64,000 nucleotides of DNA. Source: an uncultured Bacilli bacterium (GTDB lineage Bacteria > Bacillota_I > Bacilli_A > RF39 > UBA660). A model generated the notes under the pieces. The model had not been told where the DNA came from. It made no database searches and saw only the letters and a list, made by a program, of their open reading frames with translations. Position 1 is the stretch's first letter; every line of letters starts with the position of its first letter. The stretch is taken from the NCBI GenBank assembly GCA_947632455.1, contig CANRPK010000002.1, forward strand, positions 16,683-80,682, written 5' to 3'. Positions 17,372-27,278 of the stretch are shown one piece after another. Position numbers and translations under genes: made by a program.

Positions 17372-18925
17372 CTATCTAGCCTCTTCTATTGCTCTTGTTT
17401 CCCTTATTACATTAATTTTAATAGTTCCCGGATATTGCATTTCCGCTTCTATTCTTTCCTTTATATCTCTTGCCATTTTATAACTTTGAGCATCATCAAT
17501 TTCATCAGGTCTTACAATAACTCTAATTTCTCGACCTGCTTGTACAGCAAAAGTTTTTTCAACTCCTTCAAAAGAATTACCAATCTCTTCAAGTTGACTT
17601 AATCTCTTCATGTAATTATCAAGAGTATCATTACGGGCTCCTGGTCTTGCGGCTGATAAAGTATCTGCAATTTCCACCAACACTGATATAACGCTAGTCG
17701 CATCTTTATCTCCATGATGAGATTCAATCGCATTTATTACTACCTCATCTTCATGATACTTACGAGCTAAATCTGCACCTATTTCTACATGGGAACCTTC
17801 TATTTCAAAATCAATCGCTTTACCAATATCATGTAATAAACCTGCTCTTTTCGCTAAAGCTACATTTTCACCTAACTCTTGCGCCATAAGTCCTGTTAAA
17901 TTAGCCACTTCTATCGAATGCTTAAGGGCATTTTGTCCATAGCTAGAACGATATTTAAGCTTACCTACTAAATTTACTAATTCTGGTTCCATTTTAACAA
18001 TACCTAAATCATATAAAGCCTGATTACCAACTTCCATAATTTTTGTATTTATATCTTTTAAAGTTTTATCATAAACTTCTTCAATTCTAGCCGGATGAAT
18101 TCTTCCATCCTTAATTAAAGTCTCAATCGTAACTTTGGCAATTTCTCTTCTTAATGGATCAAATGAAGAAATAACAATCGCTTCTGGAGTATCATCAATT
18201 ATTAAATCTACTCCCGTAACAGATTCAATAGTTCTAATATTTCTTCCTTCTCTTCCAATTAGTCTACCCTTCATTTCATCATTAGGTAAATCAATCGTAC
18301 TTACAGTTTGTTCACTAGCCACATCTTCTGCATATCTTTCCATGCTAGAGACAATTATTTGTTTGGCTTTTTCATGAGCTTCCAATTTGGCATTTCTCTC
18401 CTGATCCTTGATATAATCAGCAATTTCTTTAGCCATTTCATTTTCTACTCGCTTCATAATTAAATCATGAGCTTTTTCTTTTGAAAATTTTGATATTCTT
18501 TCTAATTCTTCTAACTCTTGTTTTAGAAGTTCATCCATTTTAAGCTCTTTTTCTTGCAATTCTTTTTGCTTTGCTAATAAATTATTTTCTTTTTCTTCAA
18601 TCGTAATATCTTTTTTTTGCAACATTTCTTCTCTTTTATCTAAAGAAGCTTCTCTTTGCAATAATCTTGTTTCGTTCTCTTTTATTTCCGCTTTCTTTTC
18701 TTTAATTTCTTTATCAGTTTCTTGTTTTATTCTAAATGATTCTTCTTTAAGTTCCATTAAAGAATCTCTTTTATGTTTATCTGCTTCTTTTTTAGCATCT
18801 TCAATTAATTTATTAGCTCTATTTTCATTTTGGTTATTTTTAATTACATTTATAATTAAAACAATTCCAAAACCAACAAAAAATCCAATTACAAGAGTTA
18901 AAATGGACATAGCATTAAATTCCAT
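17372..18925 (-). CDS. rny: ribonuclease Y
   Basis: N-terminal TM, a long coiled coil, a KH domain ([12 protein letters not shown]) and an HD domain (LLHDIGK). Confidence 0.93.
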   Translation of the reverse strand: MEFNAMSILTLVIGFFVGFGIVLIINVIKNNQNENRANKLIEDAKKEADKHKRDSLMELKEESFRIKQETDKEIKEKKAEIKENETRLLQREASLDKREEMLQKKDITIEEKENNLLAKQKELQEKELKMDELLKQELEELERISKFSKEKAHDLIMKRVENEMAKEIADYIKDQERNAKLEAHEKAKQIIVSSMERYAEDVASEQTVSTIDLPNDEMKGRLIGREGRNIRTIESVTGVDLIIDDTPEAIVISSFDPLRREIAKVTIETLIKDGRIHPARIEEVYDKTLKDINTKIMEVGNQALYDLGIVKMEPELVNLVGKLKYRSSYGQNALKHSIEVANLTGLMAQELGENVALAKRAGLLHDIGKAIDFEIEGSHVEIGADLARKYHEDEVVINAIESHHGDKDATSVISVLVEIADTLSAARPGARNDTLDNYMKRLSQLEEIGNSFEGVEKTFAVQAGREIRVIVRPDEIDDAQSYKMARDIKERIEAEMQYPGTIKINVIRETRAIEEAR

Positions 18926-19016
18926 TTTAAAATCTCCTAACTCTATTTATAGATTATAATATATCTATACCATAATTATAATGGTTATTTATAAATTACG
19001 CAAGAAAAAAGAGTGA

Positions 19017-20057
19017 TTATTTTTCATCTTCTACTTTTTCTTCACTCTTTACTTGACCAAATCCATAATGATTTCTTACTTTTTGTTCAATTTCATCTCT
19101 TAATTTAGGATTTTCTTTTAAATATATTTTAACATTTTCCTTGCCTTGACCTATCTTCTCACCATTATAAGCATACCATGCTCCACTTTTTTCTAAAATA
19201 TCTAAAGAAGCCGCAATATCAATTAACTCTCCTTCTCTTGATATTCCCTCACCATACATTATATCAACACAAGCTGTTTTAAATGGTGGTGCAACTTTAT
19301 TTTTTACTACTTTAATATTTGTTTTATTACCAATTATTTGCTCTCCAACTTTTATTTGTTCAGCCCTTCTAATATCTAATCTAATTGTTGCATAAAATTT
19401 AAGTGCTCTTCCACCCGGTGTAGTCTCAGGATTACCAAACATAACTCCAACTTTTTCTCTTAACTGATTTATAAATATTGCCGTAGTTTTAGTTTTATTT
19501 ATTGTTCCAGATAATTTTCTTAAAGCTTGTGACATCAACCTGGCTTGTAAACCAACATGACTATCACCCATTTCCCCATCTATTTCGGCTTGTGGAACTA
19601 AAGCTGCGACTGAATCAATAACTATAATACTTACAGCTTCACTTCTAACTAACGCATCACATATTTCTAAAGCTTGTTCTCCTGTATCTGGTTGAGAAAG
19701 TAACAACTCATTTATATCTACTCCTAAAGCCTTCGCGTAAACTGGATCTAAGGCATGTTCAGCATCAATAAAAGCCGCTCTACCTCCCAATTTTTGAGCC
19801 TCAGCAATCGCTTGTAAAGCAATAGTAGTTTTTCCACTAGATTCTGGTCCATAAATTTCAATAATTCTTCCCTTAGGAAAACCCCCAACTCCTAAAGCTA
19901 TATCCAAAGCTAAAGAACCACTTGAAGTAACATCAATCTTTGTATGTTCATCGCTTCCTAATTTCATTATTGCCCCAGCACCAAATTGTTTTTCTATATC
20001 AGCTAAAACCTGTTCTAACGCCTTATCTTTATTCTTTTCATCCTTAACTTGTTTCAT
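19017..20057 (-). CDS. recA: recombinase RecA
   Basis: GPESSGKTT Walker A and the full-length RecA pattern. Confidence 0.97.
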   Translation of the reverse strand: MKQVKDEKNKDKALEQVLADIEKQFGAGAIMKLGSDEHTKIDVTSSGSLALDIALGVGGFPKGRIIEIYGPESSGKTTIALQAIAEAQKLGGRAAFIDAEHALDPVYAKALGVDINELLLSQPDTGEQALEICDALVRSEAVSIIVIDSVAALVPQAEIDGEMGDSHVGLQARLMSQALRKLSGTINKTKTTAIFINQLREKVGVMFGNPETTPGGRALKFYATIRLDIRRAEQIKVGEQIIGNKTNIKVVKNKVAPPFKTACVDIMYGEGISREGELIDIAASLDILEKSGAWYAYNGEKIGQGKENVKIYLKENPKLRDEIEQKVRNHYGFGQVKSEEKVEDEK

Positions 20058-20123
20058 TTATATAAATCCTTTCTTAGTGCACTTTCATTTTATTATAAAA
20101 ACTTATATTTGTCAATAGTTTTT

Positions 20124-20137
20124 CGAACATATGTATA
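20124..20137. promoter_or_regulatory. LexA (Cheo-type) box CGAACATATGTATA in the recA / orf126 divergent region
   Basis: Perfect left half CGAAC-N4 and a degenerate right half. 12/14 identical to the box at 24155-24168, and related to the one at 24201-24214. Confidence 0.6.
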
Positions 20138-20198
20138 TATTATACTTCAGTGTTGCTAAACCATACTGGTTATGTTAAAATAAAACTAAGGAGGAAAT

Positions 20199-20579
20199 AT
20201 GTCAAACTATGAAACATTAATGGCGAATAGTTTTAATCTTAAAAACTATCATGGAAGCAAAGATGAAAAAATTGCTTTACGTACATTAGCTACCGAAATG
20301 TCTGTTGCAACAGATTTTAATTTTGGTGAACCCGGAGAATCTAAAACTAATTTCGCAACAACTTTTAATTTTTTAATTGGCCTAGACAAACAAGATTTAG
20401 ACTTAGGAGGTTATTTATTAATTTCTAAATTATTTCAAATAAGACCAGAAGCATATATGGATTATAGTGGTGCTAGAATGTGGTATGAAACTAATAAAGA
20501 CCAATTTGATAATGCTTATGGAGCAGTTTTAACTTATATGAGAGAAAATAATCCTGAATTGCTTCCTCAAACTAGATAA
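20199..20579 (+). CDS. hypothetical protein (126 aa), divergent from recA
   Basis: Strong RBS AAGGAGG. No recognisable motif. Confidence 0.55.
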   Translation: MSNYETLMANSFNLKNYHGSKDEKIALRTLATEMSVATDFNFGEPGESKTNFATTFNFLIGLDKQDLDLGGYLLISKLFQIRPEAYMDYSGARMWYETNKDQFDNAYGAVLTYMRENNPELLPQTR

Positions 20580-20596
20580 TAATCTAGTTTTTTTCA
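20570..20596 (+). terminator. rho-independent terminator
   Basis: AACTAGAT-aata-ATCTAGTT followed by TTTTTTT. Confidence 0.75.
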
Positions 20597-20617
20597 TATT
20601 AAAAGCATATAATGTAT

Positions 20618-20810
20618 TTGACATATTATAAAAAATGTGTATAATTATTAATGCAAGTACATGGCAGGGTTATTATTTCTTATAATGTGTTTATTGCCAA
20701 TTTGGAGTAAAAGTATTTCGAGACTGCCTCAAAAAGAAATTACCTAAATAAACTCCCTATAAGAAATATAACTATTCCTTTGTATTTAAATTATAGAAAG
20801 GAGAAATAAA
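20618..20810 (+). promoter_or_regulatory. rpsD promoter plus ~165-nt leader (candidate S4 autoregulatory leader)
   Basis: TTGACA (20618-20623), a 16-nt spacer, then TGTGTATAAT. The untranslated leader is unusually long for a ribosomal protein gene. In Bacillus, rpsD is autoregulated through its leader. Confidence 0.5.
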
Positions 20811-21413
20811 ATGGCAAGATATACTGGACCAGCTTATAAAAAATCTCGTAGATTAAATTTTTCTACTTTAGAAAATGGTAAAGATTTAGCAAAACGTCCT
20901 TACGCTCCAGGTCAACATGGTAATGATCATCGTAAAAAATTAAGTGAATATGGTGTTCAATTACAAGAAAAACAAAAAGTAAGAATTATGTATGGCCTAA
21001 ATGAAAAACAATTTAGAAGATTATTTGAACGTGCTTCTAAAATGAAAGGCGTTACTGGCGAAAATATGTTAAAATTATTAGAATCTCGTTTAGATAATAT
21101 TGTTTATCGTATGGGACTTGCTAATACTAGACGTGGTGCTAGACAAGTAGTTAATCATGGACATATTTTAGTTAATGGTACTAAAGTTAATATTCCATCA
21201 TACTCTTGTAAACCAGGCGATGTTATTTCCGTTAAAGAAAACTCTGTAGGACATCCTGCTATTAAAGCTTCTCTAGAAGCTAAAAATAGTATTCCAGCTT
21301 TCGTTACTTTCGATGCTAATAAAATGTCTGGAACTTATGTAAGATATCCTGATAGAAGTGAATTAAACGCTGAAATTAATGAATCATTAATCGTTGAATT
21401 CTACAACAGATAA
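20811..21413 (+). CDS. rpsD: 30S ribosomal protein S4
   Basis: [15 protein letters not shown]... is a full-length S4. Confidence 0.97.
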   Translation: MARYTGPAYKKSRRLNFSTLENGKDLAKRPYAPGQHGNDHRKKLSEYGVQLQEKQKVRIMYGLNEKQFRRLFERASKMKGVTGENMLKLLESRLDNIVYRMGLANTRRGARQVVNHGHILVNGTKVNIPSYSCKPGDVISVKENSVGHPAIKASLEAKNSIPAFVTFDANKMSGTYVRYPDRSELNAEINESLIVEFYNR

Positions 21414-21417
21414 AAAA

Positions 21418-21442
21418 CTATTCCAAAAAGAATAGCTTTTTT
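21418..21442 (+). terminator. terminator after rpsD
   Basis: CTATTC-caaaaa-GAATAG followed by CTTTTTT. Confidence 0.5.
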
Positions 21443-21447
21443 ATTGC

Positions 21448-22713
21448 TTATTTTTCCATTTTTATGATTGTCATTTCTTTTGTATTAATCTCTTTTATTA
21501 CTTCTCTTACTTCTTCTATTGTAATATCTGCATATATATCTTTTAAATTAGGAATTATATCTCCATAATATATTATATAATTTTGAATTAAACTATTAAC
21601 ATTTTCTACATCTTCATAATTTAATACTAAAGTCGCAATAGATGAATTTATTTTTCGCTTTAGCGTTTCTTCATCAATAGTTAAATTATCTAAAGCCCAA
21701 ACTATCCTTTTAATAGCTTCATCAACATATTTACTTTCTAAAGTAATATCAATTATTACATAATCATCTTGAACATATCTTGCTGTATTTATAAAAGTTA
21801 TAAGTTCATCTTTAAGTAATTCTTCTTTTAAATCTGATGTATCTCCAAAATTACTAGCTAAAATAATATTTAAAATAATATTTAATTTTACTAAATCTAT
21901 TTTCTTAAAAGCTTTTCTTTCTATTTTAAGCCCTATTTTAGCTTTAGGAACTTCAACATTCCCTTTTATTTCTAAATAATCTTTTACTACTTTTCTTGGC
22001 TCTTTTATTTCTGTTAATTTAAATTCTTTAAATTTTTTAAATTCCTTTTTATATAAATTCTCATTAACTAATTTTTCTATTTCATAAGGATTAACATTCC
22101 CAGTTACAACTAAAAACATATTTTGTGGTTGATAAAAAGTATTATATACTAACTTTATATCTTCTAGGCCAATCTTTTTTATATCACTAACTTCTCCGGA
22201 AATTAAATATTTATATTTTTCTTTATGAAAAATACATTTATTAAATTCATTATTCAAATTACTAAAAGGTTGATCTTTCCCCATATTTATTTCTGAGGCA
22301 ATAATCCCCTTCTCTTTTTTAATTATTTCTTTGGTAAAAAAGGGATTATAAACATAATCTAATAAATTATTTAAATTATCTTCTATTTTGCTTGTACCAT
22401 ATACTAAATAACTGGTATATTTATAAGTAGTAAAAGCATTAATATCACTTCCTAAAGGATCAAATAAATCATTAGCTGTTTTATTTTTATCTACATTAAA
22501 TTTTATATGCTCCATAAAATGTGCAATTCCATTTGGTACTTCAAACTTCTCATTATCTATCATAAATTCCGTATGTAAAGAACCAAATTTGACATTTAAA
22601 GATAAATAAAAACTTTTGGCATACTCATTATTCCATATATAAATTGGTAATCCCTGTTTAGAGATAGTATAATATATTTGTTCATCAATTCCTTTTATTT
22701 TAATTGTTTCCAT
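21448..22713 (-). CDS. M16 family zinc peptidase (active HxxEH subunit)
   Basis: GIAHFMEHIKF inverted zincin motif. Paired with an upstream M16 homolog, as in ymfF/ymfH. Confidence 0.8.
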   Translation of the reverse strand: METIKIKGIDEQIYYTISKQGLPIYIWNNEYAKSFYLSLNVKFGSLHTEFMIDNEKFEVPNGIAHFMEHIKFNVDKNKTANDLFDPLGSDINAFTTYKYTSYLVYGTSKIEDNLNNLLDYVYNPFFTKEIIKKEKGIIASEINMGKDQPFSNLNNEFNKCIFHKEKYKYLISGEVSDIKKIGLEDIKLVYNTFYQPQNMFLVVTGNVNPYEIEKLVNENLYKKEFKKFKEFKLTEIKEPRKVVKDYLEIKGNVEVPKAKIGLKIERKAFKKIDLVKLNIILNIILASNFGDTSDLKEELLKDELITFINTARYVQDDYVIIDITLESKYVDEAIKRIVWALDNLTIDEETLKRKINSSIATLVLNYEDVENVNSLIQNYIIYYGDIIPNLKDIYADITIEEVREVIKEINTKEMTIIKMEK

Positions 22714-23974
22714 CTTGTTCTTTCCCTTCTAAAATAAAAGTAATATTTGGCTTTATTTTACTTGCTACTTTAATTACTTCATCTCTTGTAATATCTTTTA
22801 TTAATTTAATTCTTTCATCTATAAGTGGTAAATCATCAAATATATTAAAAACATAATTATTGAGAACTCCTCCTGGATTATCTAAAGCTAAATTAAGAGC
22901 AAATATAAAATTTTCTTTAGCATATTCTAATTCTTCATCACTAAACATCCCATTTTTCATTTCTTTAAAAGCCTGATTAATTAATTTTTGAGCTTTTTTA
23001 ATATCTTTTTTGTTTATTGAAGTTTGCACCACTAATAAATTATCATATTTAAGATATAAACTTTTTACTCCATAACATAATGAATTTTTTTCTCTTAATA
23101 ATTGATAAAGCTTAGAATTTAATCCCCCTGCGCCTAAAATATAATTATAAAAATAAAAAGTTATAATTTTTTCTTTATCCGTTAAATCACTAATATTATA
23201 TATATTTACTAAATTACTTTCTAAGAAATTACTCTTTTCTTTAATAACTTGAACTTTCTTTCTCTCTTCATTATTTACATATAAAGATAATTCTTTTGTT
23301 TTAATAATAGGATTTTTAAAATATTTAAAAATTAAATTAGCTACTTCATCCATATCTATATTTCCCACTATAAATATATCACAATTCGAATTCATCATTT
23401 TTTTATAAGCTTCATATAATGTTTTTGGACTAATAGCCTCTAAATCTTCTAAAGAACCCATTACTCCATAACTACTAGGACTATTACTATCTAAATTACT
23501 TAGAGCTTTTTTTAATGTTGTTCTATTAATATCTTCATTAATACTTAATATATCATCATGAATTCTATTTTTTACTATTTTAAAATTTTTAATATCAAAC
23601 TCCGAAGCTTCTATAAACGGATTTAAAATCATTTCAAATGGTAATTTTATTACTTCTTCTAAATATTTAGAATCATCAACATACTTTGGTGCTAAAAAAC
23701 TTAAAACAAATGAAGTCATAAAACATTTACCAACTTTATTAACTACTCCATAAAAACTAGCTTGATATAGTTCTTCTAACTTTTTTCCTACTTCTTTTCT
23801 TGATGGATATTTAGCTGAACAATCCGTCATAATATCCGCTAGCATAGTTTTATTTAATGCCTCTTCTTTTATAGCTTCATCTCTAAATATAATCTCCATA
23901 TTTACTGTTTTAAATTTATTTGTTTTAATTGTATAAATATTAAAAGATGGGTATTCATATTTTTTATATTCCAT
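22700..23974 (-). CDS. M16 family peptidase-like protein (no HxxEH, probably the non-catalytic partner)
   Basis: M16 fold pattern, but the position of HxxEH reads MLADIM. Preferred start is ATG 23972-23974 (MEYKK) behind AGGTG. Confidence 0.7.
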   Translation of the reverse strand: MEYKKYEYPSFNIYTIKTNKFKTVNMEIIFRDEAIKEEALNKTMLADIMTDCSAKYPSRKEVGKKLEELYQASFYGVVNKVGKCFMTSFVLSFLAPKYVDDSKYLEEVIKLPFEMILNPFIEASEFDIKNFKIVKNRIHDDILSINEDINRTTLKKALSNLDSNSPSSYGVMGSLEDLEAISPKTLYEAYKKMMNSNCDIFIVGNIDMDEVANLIFKYFKNPIIKTKELSLYVNNEERKKVQVIKEKSNFLESNLVNIYNISDLTDKEKIITFYFYNYILGAGGLNSKLYQLLREKNSLCYGVKSLYLKYDNLLVVQTSINKKDIKKAQKLINQAFKEMKNGMFSDEELEYAKENFIFALNLALDNPGGVLNNYVFNIFDDLPLIDERIKLIKDITRDEVIKVASKIKPNITFILEGKEQDGNN

Positions 23975-24024
23975 AATACACCTCATTTTTTATTATAACA
24001 CAAATAATGTTTTTTATTAATCTT

Positions 24025-24117
24025 TTATCCCATTCTTAATCCTAAGGCTAAAATACCTATAAAAATAACAAAATAAAATAATAAAGCTCCTCCATAATTT
24101 ACTAAAACTTTTTTCAT
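24025..24117 (-). CDS. 30-aa membrane peptide MKKVLVNYGGALLFYFVIFIGILALGLRMG, divergent from lexA
   Basis: Below the track cutoff. ATG lies 6 nt after GAGGGAG. Has one TM helix. Its predicted promoter contains a LexA box. Confidence 0.5.
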   Translation of the reverse strand: MKKVLVNYGGALLFYFVIFIGILALGLRMG

Positions 24118-24138
24118 AATAACTCCCTCTTTCTAACA

Positions 24139-24174
24139 CGAACATTATATCGCAAATACATGTGTTCGCTCAAG
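24139..24174 (-). promoter_or_regulatory. promoter of the 30-aa peptide with an embedded LexA box
   Basis: Minus strand reads TTGAGCGAACACATGTATTTGCGATATAATGTTCG. That is -35 TTGAGC, the LexA box CGAACACATGTATT (24155-24168) overlapping the -35 and spacer, -10 TATAAT, then a second CGAAC half-site (24139-24143 on the plus strand). Confidence 0.55.
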
Positions 24175-24200
24175 TAGCTATTTTAAATTTTACAATAATT

Positions 24201-24240
24201 AATACATTTGTTTGACAGTCATACGTTTTTGTGCTATTAT
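24201..24240 (+). promoter_or_regulatory. lexA promoter with an overlapping LexA-box-like site
   Basis: TTGACA (24212-24217), a 17-nt spacer, then TATTAT. AATACATTTGTTTG (24201-14; reverse complement CAAACAAATGTATT) overlaps the -35 and matches the peptide box at 12/14 positions. Confidence 0.5.
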
Positions 24241-24260
24241 GAATATGGAGGTAATACAAA

Positions 24261-24887
24261 ATGGAAAATTTAAAACAAATTACTGAAAAACAAAATAATG
24301 TATTAGACTATATAAAAAAATTCTCAGCGGAGCATGGCTATCCCCCATCTATAAGAGAAATAGGAAAAGGCTTAGGTTTATCTAGTCCAGCGACTGTTCA
24401 TACTCATGTAAAAAAATTATGTAATGCAGGATATTTAAAAGTTGATAATAATAAATTTCGAGCTATGGAATTACTTGTAGATAATGAATATGAAGAAAAA
24501 AATGAAGAAATAGTTAAAGTCCCACTTTTAGGAAAAATTACTGCCGGTTCTCCGATTGAAGCTATTGAACGTCCCAATGAATTCTTTAGTCTTCCTGCTA
24601 GTTTAATTCCGGCTAAAGAAACTATTTTTACCCTAAATGTAAGTGGTGAATCCATGATCAATGCTGGTATTTTTGATGGTGATGTTGTTATTGTAAAAAA
24701 ACAAAATACTGCTCGTAATGGTGATATCGTCGTCGCTATGACTGATGCCAATGAAGTAACTTTAAAAACCTATTATAAAGAAAATGGTCATTTCCGTTTA
24801 CAACCTGAAAATGATACAATGGCCCCTTTTATTTTTGATAACATTACCATTTTAGGTAAAGCTATTGGTTTATATCGTAAATTCTAA
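24261..24887 (+). CDS. lexA: LexA repressor
   Basis: N-terminal wHTH (SIREIGKGLGLSSPATVHTHVKKL), an AG cleavage site region, and the S24 peptidase Ser/Lys (GESM...VTLK). Confidence 0.95.
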   Translation: MENLKQITEKQNNVLDYIKKFSAEHGYPPSIREIGKGLGLSSPATVHTHVKKLCNAGYLKVDNNKFRAMELLVDNEYEEKNEEIVKVPLLGKITAGSPIEAIERPNEFFSLPASLIPAKETIFTLNVSGESMINAGIFDGDVVIVKKQNTARNGDIVVAMTDANEVTLKTYYKENGHFRLQPENDTMAPFIFDNITILGKAIGLYRKF

Positions 24888-24895
24888 AAAAGAAC

Positions 24896-27091
24896 TTAAC
24901 CAAGTTCTTTTTTTATTTGTTTAATTAAATTATTAATATCTTGCGTATTTTCATCTAATAATTCTAATCTAAAGACATCTATACCCAATTTTTTTAAATC
25001 TTTAATATTATTTATTAAATTAATCTTTTTATCACCCATAATATGAGTATACTTATCTTTTAAAATTTTAAAAGTTCCCATTTTATTTTCTAAATAATAA
25101 TCTTTATTTGCATCTAATTCCATATTATTAATTAAATTATATTTCATTATCATATACTCTAAAGAGCCATAACCTATTATTTCTACTTCTATTTTATTAT
25201 CTAAATGTTGGATAAAATCATTTATTTGATCTAATTTAAGTTCAGGACTTATAGTTATTCGTTTAACCTTCATACTAGCTAAAAGATTTCCATAAGAGCT
25301 ATTAACAACATTCAAAAAATAATCACTAACAACTTCATTATTTGTACAATACTTTAAACTACCAGTCTCACCAATTAATAATTTAGTATTAAAGTAATCT
25401 TTATGTTGCTCTATAACTCTATCTAAACGTAAATAAATATTATCTAAATAGCCGTATTTTTCCATTAAGTACTCATCAGTCAAATATATATAATCTACTT
25501 TATTATTAATTAAAGCTTTTAATTGTTCTTCATTTCTTGCTAAAGCACTTATTTTTATTTTTTTATTATTTCTTTTAAAAACTTTTAATTCTTCTAATGC
25601 TAATTTTTTAGGTTCTCTTACTCTACATCTTTTATCTTCTAATTTTTGCACTAATTCTCTTCTAATTTCATTTAAATAACCTACTGGAATAAAAATATTA
25701 TCAGCAATATCTAAATCTAAATTATTAACTTTAAACGGTGTATTTCCAAGTTTACTTAAAATTTGTCCAATTCTTTCTTTAGAAATAGGCATACTCTTAG
25801 CCTTACTAACAATATCTCCTTCATAAATAACTTCATTAGCTAGATCTGTATACTTAATAATTAATTTTTCATTTTCATGAGCATATCCATAAATATTTAT
25901 TCCAATTTGCTTTTTTAAGCCATTATCAATTTGTTCTTTAAGCTTTTTATTAAAAGTTAAATATACCTTTCCTAATTGTTCTAATACTACTTTATTTTGA
26001 ACCTCAACAATATCATCTTTTTTAGCTTTATTAATTAATTCATCTCTTTTATTATATAAAAAATTTACATACATACCTTCTTGATTAGGTAATCTTATAG
26101 CATCTCCTTGATTAAGTTCATGATTAAGCTTAATTCGTATTCTTTTTTTATTAAAAGATATAACGTCTCCAATTTCCACGCCTAAATGATTAGAAGACTT
26201 TAAACTTATAAATTCTTTATCACTATTATTAAATAAATAACCTTTTGTAAATCCCCTATTATATAAACTCTTTAAATTAAATATTTCTTCTTCAGTTAAC
26301 TTATAATTAACATCATCTAAAATTTTTCGATATATCCTCGTTACATATCCAACATATTCTGGACTTTTCATTCTTCCTTCAATTTTAAAACTAAGAACCC
26401 TACTTTTATTAAGCTCTAACCCATAATTAGTGGTATTTAATTCTTTAGGACTAAGTAAATATTGGTTATGTATTATATTCTTATCATCACATTTTAAGTC
26501 ATATAAAACTCGACATAAACCTGCACATTCCCCACGATTACCACTTCTTCCAGTTTTAAATGCCGAAAATAAACATTGACCAGAATAACAAATACATAAT
26601 GCCCCATGAATAAATACTTCTAATTCCATTTTAGTATCTAGCTTATTTATATCTTTTAGGCTCATTTCTCTAGCTAGTACTACTCGTTTTACTCCTAATT
26701 TTTCTAAAAATTTTATTTGTTCAATATTATGAGTATGGGCTTGCGTTGATGCATGAATATCTAAATCTGGAAAATACTTTCTTATTAAAACCATTAACCC
26801 AATATCTTGGACAATTAAAGCATCTACCCCAATATTATTTAAATATTCAATATATTCTAAAACTTCTTTTATTTCTTCCTCATAAATAATTGTATTAACT
26901 GTAACATATACTTTTACACCATATAAATGAGCATAATTTACCGCTTGAGCTAATTCTTCTAAAGAAAAATTCTTGGCAAACTTTCTTGCCCCATAATTTT
27001 TTCCAGCTAAATATACTGCATCAGCTCCATTATTAACCGCGGCCCTTAAAGCTTCAAAATCTCCAGCTGGACTAAGTAATTCTTTTTTCAT
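24896..27091 (-). CDS. U32 family peptidase / prephenate-dependent RNA hydroxylase-like protein (long fused form)
   Basis: ELLSPAGDFEALRAAVNNGADAVYLAG and the Cys-rich EGRMKSPEY region are typical of U32. Confidence 0.8.
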   Translation of the reverse strand: MKKELLSPAGDFEALRAAVNNGADAVYLAGKNYGARKFAKNFSLEELAQAVNYAHLYGVKVYVTVNTIIYEEEIKEVLEYIEYLNNIGVDALIVQDIGLMVLIRKYFPDLDIHASTQAHTHNIEQIKFLEKLGVKRVVLAREMSLKDINKLDTKMELEVFIHGALCICYSGQCLFSAFKTGRSGNRGECAGLCRVLYDLKCDDKNIIHNQYLLSPKELNTTNYGLELNKSRVLSFKIEGRMKSPEYVGYVTRIYRKILDDVNYKLTEEEIFNLKSLYNRGFTKGYLFNNSDKEFISLKSSNHLGVEIGDVISFNKKRIRIKLNHELNQGDAIRLPNQEGMYVNFLYNKRDELINKAKKDDIVEVQNKVVLEQLGKVYLTFNKKLKEQIDNGLKKQIGINIYGYAHENEKLIIKYTDLANEVIYEGDIVSKAKSMPISKERIGQILSKLGNTPFKVNNLDLDIADNIFIPVGYLNEIRRELVQKLEDKRCRVREPKKLALEELKVFKRNNKKIKISALARNEEQLKALINNKVDYIYLTDEYLMEKYGYLDNIYLRLDRVIEQHKDYFNTKLLIGETGSLKYCTNNEVVSDYFLNVVNSSYGNLLASMKVKRITISPELKLDQINDFIQHLDNKIEVEIIGYGSLEYMIMKYNLINNMELDANKDYYLENKMGTFKILKDKYTHIMGDKKINLINNIKDLKKLGIDVFRLELLDENTQDINNLIKQIKKELG

Positions 27092-27140
27092 AAAACATCG
27101 TCTATATTATAACATATCTTCTATTTTTAGTAAATTAATG

Positions 27141-27214
27141 CATATAAAAAGGAGAACAAGGTAAAATCTTTTAACAAAGATGTTAACTAGCTCTTACCTT
27201 CCAAACTCTCCTTT
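27141..27214 (-). terminator. long-stem rho-independent terminator of rmuC
   Basis: Nested pairings AAAGGAGA/TCTCCTTT, AAGGTAA/TTACCTT and ATCTTT/AAAGAT. The minus-strand reading is followed by TTTTTAT. Confidence 0.6.
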
Positions 27215-27278
27215 ATCATTATATCTAGCTTAGAAAAGAAAATCAATATTATTGATAAAAAATAAACATACTTTACAA

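Noticed and set aside
27141-27214. A ~70-nt highly structured element between rmuC and the U32 gene, considered as a possible riboswitch or sRNA
   Set aside because: On the minus strand the nested stem is followed directly by a T-run and sits right after the rmuC stop codon. An unusually long intrinsic terminator is the simplest explanation.
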